Assembly (NCBI GenBank): GCA_033764315.1 | Contig: JANRJA010000245.1 | Span: 1 to 20,760, forward strand | Direction of reading: 5' to 3' | DNA from: Oculatellaceae cyanobacterium bins.114 | GTDB taxonomy: Bacteria; Cyanobacteriota; Cyanobacteriia; Elainellales; Elainellaceae | DNA: 20,760 nt | Part shown: positions 1 to 6,716 of the stretch, piece by piece | Position numbering within the stretch: the first letter of the stretch is position 1 | How the letters are laid out: every line of letters starts with the position of its first letter | Position numbers and translations under genes: made by a program | The notes under the pieces: model-generated | Database searches by the model: none | Told to the model about the DNA's origin: nothing | The model's input: the letters and a program-made list of their open reading frames with translations, nothing else

Positions 1-30
1 CCTTTACACCCACCTCCCAACAAATTGCCT

Positions 31-121
31 ATAGCAACCCCAAATGGTTGGTGAGCGGCCCACCCCTGTGGGGGGCGCCTCTCACAACCCGCCCATTTCA
101 CAACTGATTTAGGACTGCTAT
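31..121. repeat. Miniature inverted-repeat element (MITE-like cyanobacterial dispersed repeat)
   Basis: Left end ATAGCAACCCCAAATGGTTG (31-50) is an imperfect inverted repeat of the right end CAACTGATTTAGGACTGCTAT (101-121; reverse complement ATAGCAGTCCTAAATCAGTTG). Internal GC hairpin GTGAG...CTCAC at 51-85. Confidence 0.65.
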
Positions 122-282
122 GTAAGGAGTTGTTACAAGGAGATGTGGAGGCTTTAACCACAGTTCGCTTTTGACCTGAGTGCTCACGCCAAACCCTCTG
201 CACCCCGTTCTAACCAATACTTCAGTTGCAATAGAACTACCCTAATATCTAATGAAAGAAGCATGAAGTGGTAGATCTTACA

Positions 283-1539
283 ATGACATCGACGATAGCA
301 AAGACATTACAGCTTGATTTTGTCCGACAGCAATTTCCATCTCTGGCAGGAGATTGGGTGTTTTTTGATAATGCGGGGGGGTCTCAAACCCTCAAGCGAG
401 TCGTCGATCGCATTACTGAGTATTTGCTCACCTCTGATGTGCAATTGGGCGCGTCCTATGCGATTTCACAGTTGGCTGGTCAGCGGGTCGCGATGGGGGC
501 ACAGGCTGTGGCAACCCTCATGAATGCCGCTCCCGATGAAGTAGTGATGGGGGGTTCCACGAGCCTGTTACTGAGAATTTTGGCATTGTGCTTGAGCCAG
601 ACTTGGCAACCAGGGGATGAGGTCATTGTCACAAACTGCGATCATGAAGCCAACATTGGTCCTTGGGTTGACTTGCAACGTCAGGGCATTGAGGTCAAAG
701 TTTGGCAGGTTAACCCTGAAACGCTAGAGTTGCATCTTGAAGATTTAGAGATGTTGCTAACTCCCAAAACACGCCTGGTTGCCTTGACCCATGCGTCTAA
801 CGTCTTGGGAACAATCAATCCTATTGAGCAGATTGCACAGGTGGTTCATGCACATGGGGCACTAATTTGTGTCGATGGAGTAGGTTATGCCGCTCATCGG
901 TTGATCGATGTTAAGGATTGGGATGTAGATTTCTATGTCTTCAGCTTTTATAAAGTCTATGGTCCCCACTATGCCGGTTTGTATGGCAAGCGAGAACATT
1001 GGTTAACGCTGCCGAGGTTCAACCACTACTTCATCGGCAATGCAGACCTTCCCTACAAGTTTCAACCAGGAAACGTGAATTTTGAGTTGAGCTACGGCAT
1101 GGTAGGGCTATGTGATTATTTGAGTGATTTAGCCGCTTACCCAACAACTCTCCCAGCACCAGTTGCCACGGCTGATCAACGAACTCAAATTACCCAGGCA
1201 TTTGAGTTGATTTCTCATTATGAAGACGTGATTGGCGATCGCCTCTTGAGCTATCTCAACAGCAAACCCAACGTCCGCATCATGGGTCATCCCACAAGCG
1301 ATCGCCACAAACGAGTCCCCACAATTTCCTTTGTGGTGAATGGGGTCAACAGTTCCACTATCCCGGCTCAAATTGATCCCCATCAAATAGCTATCCGTTA
1401 TGGAGATTTCTACGCCAAGCGATTAATTGAGTCTTTGGGTTTAGCCGATCAAGGGGGAGTTGTGCGGGTCAGCATGGTGCATTACAACACTATTGAAGAA
1501 GTCGATCGCCTGATTCAGTGTTTTGAACAGGTGATCTAA
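283..1539 (+). CDS. Cysteine desulfurase-like protein (PLP-dependent aminotransferase class V)
   Basis: Motifs FFDNAGGSQ, DHEANIGPW, THASNVLG, DGVGYAAH, FSFYKVYGPH (PLP lysine) and VRVSMVHYN. ATG 283 preferred over GTG 268. Confidence 0.9.
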   Translation: MTSTIAKTLQLDFVRQQFPSLAGDWVFFDNAGGSQTLKRVVDRITEYLLTSDVQLGASYAISQLAGQRVAMGAQAVATLMNAAPDEVVMGGSTSLLLRILALCLSQTWQPGDEVIVTNCDHEANIGPWVDLQRQGIEVKVWQVNPETLELHLEDLEMLLTPKTRLVALTHASNVLGTINPIEQIAQVVHAHGALICVDGVGYAAHRLIDVKDWDVDFYVFSFYKVYGPHYAGLYGKREHWLTLPRFNHYFIGNADLPYKFQPGNVNFELSYGMVGLCDYLSDLAAYPTTLPAPVATADQRTQITQAFELISHYEDVIGDRLLSYLNSKPNVRIMGHPTSDRHKRVPTISFVVNGVNSSTIPAQIDPHQIAIRYGDFYAKRLIESLGLADQGGVVRVSMVHYNTIEEVDRLIQCFEQVI

Positions 1540-1575
1540 CATGAATTCGGGATCAGGGGTTTAGCGGTCAAAACC

Positions 1576-1668
1576 GCAGCTATTAGGAGCAAAACCAACC
1601 TGCATCGGCTTGTCAAACCCTGCATCTTCCGGAGTCCGTCAATGTGGGACTTGGCTCCCATAGCCGCC
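1576..1668. repeat. Degenerate palindromic intergenic repeat
   Basis: GCAGCTATTAGGAGCAAA (about 1576-1593) pairs imperfectly with TTGGCTCCCATAGCCGC (about 1651-1667). Internal AGTCC...GGACT hairpin at 1633-1651. Confidence 0.45.
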
Positions 1669-1699
1669 AATTCACTCGTCAGGCTCTTAAACAAACTGA

Positions 1700-1977
1700 C
1701 GTTGATTTAGAGCTGAGTGATGAGTGATGAGTGATGAGTGATGAGTGATGAGTGATGAGTGGAGGTATTAAACTCACAATTCAAAACTTAAAACTCAAAA
1801 CCTAAAACTCAAAACCCATCATTTACAGTGTGTGATCCTCAATTATCTCAACCGTTGATTTGGGGCTGAGTGATGAGTGATGAGTTGAGGTATTAAACTC
1901 ACAATTCAAAACTTAAAACTCAAAACTTAAAACTCAAAACCCATCATTTACAGCTTATGATCCTCAATCACTTCAAC
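1700..1977. repeat. Tandem duplication (153 + 125 bp) containing heptameric STRR arrays (TGAGTGA)n and (AAAACTY)n
   Basis: Copy 1 is 1700-1852 and copy 2 is 1853-1977; both start CGTTGATTT. TGAGTGA occurs x6+1 versus x2+1, a 28-bp difference that equals the length difference. Both copies continue GAGGTATTAAACTCACAATTCAAAACTTAAAACTC...CCCATCATTTACAG. Confidence 0.95.
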
Positions 1978-2601
1978 CTCAGCTTCGGCAGCAGCTAACC
2001 ATTCCTGCATCGTCGGCAGTGCCCAAATGGCATCAGCATAAGCTTGAGCAACGGGATCCAGTGAAACGCCATAGGTGACAAACCGAGAAACCACAGGGGC
2101 AAACATCGCATCGGCATACGTAAACTGCCCAAATAAGAAATCACCCCCTGCGCCAAATCGTTGACGAGTCTCTTGCCAGAGTTGCGTGATGCGCTCAATA
2201 TTGCTTTGCACTCCAGGTTGTCGCCCTTCTCCAGGATGGCGAGATCGGCAATCCATAGGCATGTGTTGGCGCAATGCCTGAAAGCCTGTGTGCATCTCAG
2301 AACTAACGGCACGGGCGATCGCTCTAGCCGTTGCATCTTGAGGTAAAAGATAGCGATCGGGGACTTGTTCTGTGATGTATTCACAAATGGCTAACGATTC
2401 CCAAATGTGAAGATCATTGTGAATCAACACAGGCACTCGTCCAGAGGGAGAATGTTGCGCGATTTGGGCATGGGTTTCAGGAGTGTCTAAAGGAATGCGG
2501 ATCTCTGTAAATTCAAGCCCCGATTGCTTTAAAGTCAACCAAGCCCGCAACGACCAAGACGAGTAGTTTTTATTACCGATGACCAGAGAGAAATGTGTCA
2601 T
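1948..2601 (-). CDS. Glutathione S-transferase family protein
   Basis: N-terminal LVIGNKNYSSWSLRAWL, SPSGRVPVL, IWESLAICEY and FLFGQFTYADAMFAPV. ATG 2601 preferred over TTG 2628. Confidence 0.93.
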   Translation of the reverse strand: MTHFSLVIGNKNYSSWSLRAWLTLKQSGLEFTEIRIPLDTPETHAQIAQHSPSGRVPVLIHNDLHIWESLAICEYITEQVPDRYLLPQDATARAIARAVSSEMHTGFQALRQHMPMDCRSRHPGEGRQPGVQSNIERITQLWQETRQRFGAGGDFLFGQFTYADAMFAPVVSRFVTYGVSLDPVAQAYADAIWALPTMQEWLAAAEAEVEVIEDHKL

Positions 2602-2819
2602 GAGGGGAAATTCCAAAAAATTGCTCAAACTGGAGGACTAAATTACAAGACCTATCACGCAACAGTGTGCAATCGGTAGTCTACCGTGCTCTCTCCGCTA
2701 AGTCCTATCAACAATATTCAACCTTGTCAGAAATAGAGTTCATCCGAGTGCAATGGAGAATGGGGTACAGGCAAACTGAACGGCGTGAGGGTCGAAATCC
2801 CTTATCTCTGCAAATCCCT

Positions 2820-3584
2820 ATGATGAATGTAGTCGCTTATTCTCAACGCTCTGTAACAGGTGACAGTTTAGATTGCACTTCAGCAGATTGGCTCACCTAC
2901 TTCCGCTTTAATCGAGAAAACTTGCGATCGCTGCCCTGGGAGAGAGATATAGCATTAACCGCCGTTGAGAAGCTCAGAATTGCTTATTCGATTAGCTATT
3001 TTCAATTAGGTGAAAGCTCTGAAGGAGCACACCTGATGCGGCTATCACGAGACTATGCTGAGCGAGTGGGCGATCGCCACTGGGTTGAGACAGTGAAACT
3101 GTTTATCGGTGAAGAGCAACGCCATGCTAAAGATTTGGGTCGGTTCATGCAACAACAACAGTTGCCCCTGGCTAAACAGCATTGGTCTGATACGTGGTTT
3201 CGCACCTTGCGACGATTAGCCAATCTGGAAGTTGCCCTCATGGTGTTATTGACAGCTGAGTTGGTGGCAACCCTTTATTACCCGGCGTTAGGCTCTGCTA
3301 CCCAATCCCCTCTGCTACACGATCTTTGTCAGCAAATTCATCATGATGAGATGCGACATGTTCAGTTTCAAACGGAGACGTTACATCGCATTTGGCGATT
3401 GCACCCACACTGGCGACAGCGTCTGACCCAAACCCTCTATCCCCTGTTCTTTCAAGCCACTCTGATTGTGGTTTGGGTCAACCATGCTCCAGTCCTAAAA
3501 GCCGCAGGCTATTCCTTCACAGCATTCTTCCAAAGAGCGTGTGCTGCGTTGCAAAGTAGTTTATTAGAAAAGAAAAATATATAG
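2820..3584 (+). CDS. Ferritin-like di-iron carboxylate domain protein
   Basis: Ligand pattern FQLGE...EEQRH...AELVA...DEMRH (two ExxH motifs). Start uncertain: ATG 2820 or 2823; the ORF is open from GTG 2667. Confidence 0.78.
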   Translation: MMNVVAYSQRSVTGDSLDCTSADWLTYFRFNRENLRSLPWERDIALTAVEKLRIAYSISYFQLGESSEGAHLMRLSRDYAERVGDRHWVETVKLFIGEEQRHAKDLGRFMQQQQLPLAKQHWSDTWFRTLRRLANLEVALMVLLTAELVATLYYPALGSATQSPLLHDLCQQIHHDEMRHVQFQTETLHRIWRLHPHWRQRLTQTLYPLFFQATLIVVWVNHAPVLKAAGYSFTAFFQRACAALQSSLLEKKNI

Positions 3585-3637
3585 ATTCAGTAAACTTGCT
3601 GAAGCGTTCATAGATGCAGATGCTAGACTGAATCTAT
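3581..3637. terminator. Inverted repeat at the 3' end of the ferritin-like gene (possible terminator or mRNA-stabilising stem)
   Basis: Perfect 11-bp arms ATAGATTCAGT (3581-3591) and ACTGAATCTAT (3627-3637). Large loop, no strong U-tract. Confidence 0.35.
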
Positions 3638-3775
3638 TAGTAATGTTGCAAAAGGTTGCAGTGCGTTGAGAATTTCAGCATTAACTGGTCGTTCTTGGCT
3701 GCCAGTGTGGTACTTAGAAATGAAATTGCAGCGCAAACGGCTCTCAGATCCGGCTCTGTCGTGGGCAGACCGCTG

Positions 3776-4045
3776 TGAGGGACCTAGTATGAGCTGATCG
3801 ACCTGTAACTGTAGGTTTGCAGGCAGTAGCTATTGGCTACCCACTAGAGATGAGACGAATGCTGTTTCTAGTTGCCTCGCCAACTCGGTCGGTCAATTCT
3901 CAATGGAGAGTTTTTCCCTTAACTGAATGATCGGATGATGGCAAATTGCTCTGCGTTTGTTGCAGTGCTTCATCTGCCCACATTTGTGATTGGTTCGTAA
4001 CCCAGTTGCAAAGAGGTAGGGCTGTTTGTCGTTTGCCTATCCTTC
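3776..4045 (+). promoter_or_regulatory. Structured 5' leader of speY (candidate cis-regulatory RNA or attenuator)
   Basis: Nested stems 3776-3782/3915-3921, 3795-3803/3887-3895, 3821-3826/3872-3877, 3826-3830/3836-3840 and 3843-3852/3863-3872. Further hairpins at 3932-3976, about 3984-4011 and about 4014-4043. Confidence 0.45.
3817..3930 (+). CDS. Putative leader peptide (uORF) upstream of speY: MQAVAIGYPLEMRRMLFLVASPTRSVNSQWRVFPLTE
   Basis: Manual translation: open from TTG 3817 (in-frame ATGs at 3850 and 3859) to TGA 3928-3930. Below the ORF-track length cutoff. Same strand as speY and 175 nt upstream of its start. Confidence 0.55.
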   Translation: MQAVAIGYPLEMRRMLFLVASPTRSVNSQWRVFPLTE

Positions 4046-4105
4046 CGTTGATCAAACGCATGTTCACTTCACTTTAATGTGTTGAATTCATTTGGGAGTA
4101 CCACC

Positions 4106-5299
4106 ATGTCTAACCTACTCAATCGTAAAATTGCCCCCACGCCCATGCCCACTGAAATTGGGGTGGTGGATTTGATTGACAGCTATTTTACGGCTTATAA
4201 CTCAGCTCGTCTGCGGGAAATCTGTCACTTGTTGAGCCGTGAGGTGATGCAAGAAGGAGTCACCGTTGGTCTTAGTCTCTCTGGAGCGTTGACCCCTGCT
4301 GGGTTTGGCGTGTCTGTACTATCTCCACTGATGCGTCACGGCTTTATTGACTGGATCATTAGCACTGGAGCTAACCTCTACCATGATTTGCACTACGGCT
4401 TGGGGCTAAACCTTTATAGCGGCAATCCGTTTGTGGATGATGTCAAACTGCGTGAAGAGGGGCAAATTCGCATCTATGACATTACCTTTGGGTATGACGT
4501 GTTGCTTGAAACGGATGCCTTTATTCGAGAGCTACTGCGGGCAGAACCCTTTCAAAAACGCATGGGTACCGCTGAATTTCATTACCTGTTGGGCAAATAC
4601 ATTAATGCTGTTGAAAAGCAAATTGGGGTGCAACATTCCTGTTTGCTATCCACAGCTTATGAGTGTGGAGTGCCAATCTACACTTCGTCTCCGGGTGATA
4701 GCTCCATTGGTATGAATGTGGCGGCTCTCGCGCTAGAAGGGTCAAAGTTAATTCTTGATCCTTCCCAGGATGTCAATGAAACAGCGGCGATCGCCTATAC
4801 CGCTCGTGATTCAGCGATCGCTGGTGAAGAAGGCAAGAGTGCTGCAATCATTTTGGGGGGCGGCAGTCCTAAAAACTTCTTGCTGCAAACTCAACCTCAG
4901 ATCCATGAGGTGTTGGGATTAGAGGAACGGGGACATGACTACTTTGTACAAATCACCGATGCTCGCCCTGATACTGGCGGATTGTCGGGCGCAACTCCCT
5001 CTGAAGCCGTAAGTTGGGGCAAGATCGACCCTCATGAGTTACCCAGCACCATTGTCTGCTACACCGATAGCACGATCGCCCTACCGATCATGACCGCTTA
5101 TGTAATGAGCCAGTGCGCTCCTCGTCCTTTAAAGCGGCTCTATGATCGCCGAGAAGAAATGCTCGATCGGTTGCGGTTAGCCTATTACGCGGCAAAAACC
5201 CGTCAACCAGAACAAGCTACAGCGGCGATCGCTCAGATTGTCACCGCTACTCGTGAACCTGTAGCGACTTACCCCTGTGGTACGCCCATCAAACGGTAA
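4106..5299 (+). CDS. speY: Deoxyhypusine synthase-like homospermidine biosynthesis protein
   Basis: DHS motifs SGALTPAG, STGANLYHD, SSPGDSSIG, GGGSPKNF and DARPDTGGLSGATPSEAVSWGK. GGGAG RBS before ATG 4106. The cyanobacterial DHS homologue makes homospermidine (established in Anabaena). Confidence 0.9.
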   Translation: MSNLLNRKIAPTPMPTEIGVVDLIDSYFTAYNSARLREICHLLSREVMQEGVTVGLSLSGALTPAGFGVSVLSPLMRHGFIDWIISTGANLYHDLHYGLGLNLYSGNPFVDDVKLREEGQIRIYDITFGYDVLLETDAFIRELLRAEPFQKRMGTAEFHYLLGKYINAVEKQIGVQHSCLLSTAYECGVPIYTSSPGDSSIGMNVAALALEGSKLILDPSQDVNETAAIAYTARDSAIAGEEGKSAAIILGGGSPKNFLLQTQPQIHEVLGLEERGHDYFVQITDARPDTGGLSGATPSEAVSWGKIDPHELPSTIVCYTDSTIALPIMTAYVMSQCAPRPLKRLYDRREEMLDRLRLAYYAAKTRQPEQATAAIAQIVTATREPVATYPCGTPIKR

Positions 5300-5319
5300 T
5301 AGGGGAAAGGATAAAAGTG

Positions 5320-5365
5320 AAGCGGTGGTGGGTTGTGTGTCATTAAACCTCACTGCCGCTTTTTT
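5320..5365 (+). terminator. Rho-independent terminator of speY
   Basis: AAGCGGTGGTG-GGTT...AACC-T-CACTGCCGCTT stem followed by a T6 tract. Confidence 0.75.
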
Positions 5366-5427
5366 GCTGCAAACGACCTTACGGACTCTGAGAATCTCGG
5401 CAGTTCGAGAAGTGCCCGTTCAAATGG

Positions 5428-5825
5428 CTAGAGTGATGTACGCACCTCTAATCCTGGGATTCCTGCAAAGTCTTTTACGTTGTGGGTCACGAGTGGGAGA
5501 TTATAGCGAAGTGCTGTTGCAGCAATCCATGCATCTTGAACAGAGATCGGTTTTCCTGTGGTTTGCATTGCTGCTCTCAGACTTCCCCAAGAACGACACA
5601 ATTCAATATCGACAGGGATGATCAGGTAGTTGGTGAGAGTTTGCTCAAGTTGCCTAATACGAGGTTCACCCCAATTACAAATTGCAGCCATTGAAAAAGT
5701 TCAGCAACTGTCATAAACGAAAGTGCCAGTTGATTATCCTGCAACAGTGTGGTGTAGTTTTCAGCGCGGCTATCTTGCTTAAAAATAAATGACACTACGT
5801 CGGTATCTATCAAAAGAATACTCAT
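5428..5825 (-). pseudogene. vapC: VapC/PIN-domain toxin with a 1-nt frameshift
   Basis: N-half LLIDTDVVS...SFMTVAELFQW lies in ORF 5622-5825; C-half ...GKPISVQDAWIAATAL...LVTHNVKDF lies in ORF 5428-5691. The span is 398 nt, one short of 133 codons. Adding one G at TGG|CT (5688-5689) restores ...FQWAAICNWG... Confidence 0.88.
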
Positions 5826-6118
5826 AACATCTCAATTGCTTCAGAGGTGCGTTGTCGCCGCAAAAATATTAGAAATTCATCCCCTGATTCATCACTCTCC
5901 CAAAAGTCAAGCTTCAGTGAACTCAGGTCAGTAATGACAGGAGGCTTTTGTTCTTGAATAAGTTGGTCTAGTGAATGAAAAACCCAAAACCGCTCGTTCT
6001 GTGCTTCCAAGGAATCCGGTTTTTGAATAATATTTGATAAGACGCGCAGCAATTCGATTTGCTCAGTTTGTGAGAGCAAGTGAACTAGATGAATAGCTTG
6101 TTGGAGTTGAGGAGTCAT
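5822..6118 (-). CDS. Probable antitoxin (hypothetical protein) of the VapC module
   Basis: 98 aa with an acidic C-terminus (DFWESDESGDEFLIFLRRQR). Its stop overlaps the vapC start (ATGA, 5822-5825), the standard type II TA layout. Confidence 0.7.
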   Translation of the reverse strand: MTPQLQQAIHLVHLLSQTEQIELLRVLSNIIQKPDSLEAQNERFWVFHSLDQLIQEQKPPVITDLSSLKLDFWESDESGDEFLIFLRRQRTSEAIEML

Positions 6119-6167
6119 AGTAAATTAGCATTCCTAACATGAGTTATCTAACTAATGAATGTGTAAG

Positions 6168-6440
6168 TTACTCCATTAATCTGGCTTGAATCTTTTCAAT
6201 CAAATCCTTAAAGTCAGCTTCGCTATGCATACTAGCTGTTAGGGTATTCATATTTCCTAAAACCCCAAGTAGATTAGAGATAGCTGCTCTAATCTCAGTA
6301 AACTTGTTAATTTCGTTATAGAAGTCTTTAAGGTTTGCTAAACTCACTGCTTTAACAGCTTCCTCAAGTGCTTTGATTTCCCCTTCCCAATGTGCAATAT
6401 AGCTGATACGTTCAACGGGTTTATAAATTTGAGCTGAGGA
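6168..6440 (-). pseudogene. 5'-truncated remnant resembling the C-terminal helical extension of cyanobacterial TIR-domain (e.g. LRR-ROC-COR-TIR) proteins
   Basis: Manual translation SSAQIYKPVERISYIAHWEGEIKALEEAVKAVSLANLKDFYNEINKFTEIRAAISNLLGVLGNMNTLTASMHSEADFKDLIEKIQARLME*. No ATG/GTG/TTG between 6440 and the in-frame stop at 6492-6494. Family recognised from memory of the A.IY.P..RI.Y..YW...MNTLT...H pattern. Confidence 0.62.
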
Positions 6441-6604
6441 CTTAAGGGGCTGAAGGGGGCAAAACTTCTTTCCTCTAGTTATACCAACAGATCAGATTGA
6501 TTTTCCTGAGACAGCAATGTATCTCAAGATTGCTTGACTCAGAAGCCAGACATAGAGACATAAAATGATCTGAGCGATCGCCTGCCCTATGAATACTGTA
6601 AAAA

Positions 6605-6716
6605 CGATGCGTTAGGCTGCGCTAACAAATCATACTGGACTGCTCTCTGTCTTCTCTTATCTTTCAGCCTTTATCGTTTATCCTTTTTTCTTTTTTCTCT
6701 CTTCTTTTTTCCTTCT
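6605..6716. repeat. Degenerate REP-like hairpin plus pyrimidine-rich heptamer repeats downstream of the NAD kinase gene
   Basis: GATGCGTTAG...CTAACAAATC (6606-6631), then TTATCTT TCAGCCT TTATCGT TTATCCT and T/C tracts (6657-6716). Confidence 0.45.

Noticed and set aside
121..137. TGTAAGGAGTTGTTACA palindrome as an NtcA site
   Set aside because: The spacing is GTA-N9-TAC rather than N8, and it abuts the MITE end.
1700..1977. CRISPR array or DGR template/variable repeat pair
   Set aside because: Only two units, no unique spacers and no cas genes. The mismatches are not adenine-specific in one direction, and there is no reverse transcriptase in the window.
3770..3935. Calling the structured region 6S RNA or a guanidine riboswitch
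   Set aside because: It has a rod-like closing stem, but I cannot recognise diagnostic sequence of 6S or of the ykkC/mini-ykkC motifs. It needs an Rfam scan, so it is left as a candidate leader.
5277..5694. Plus-strand ORFs 5277-5621 and 5482-5694
   Set aside because: Antisense shadows of vapC with no motifs; the first also crosses the speY terminator.
6441..6570. Possible IS end at the truncation point of the TIR-like remnant
   Set aside because: No convincing terminal inverted repeat, target duplication or transposase fragment. CTTACGG (5378) versus CTTAAGG (6441) is too short to count.
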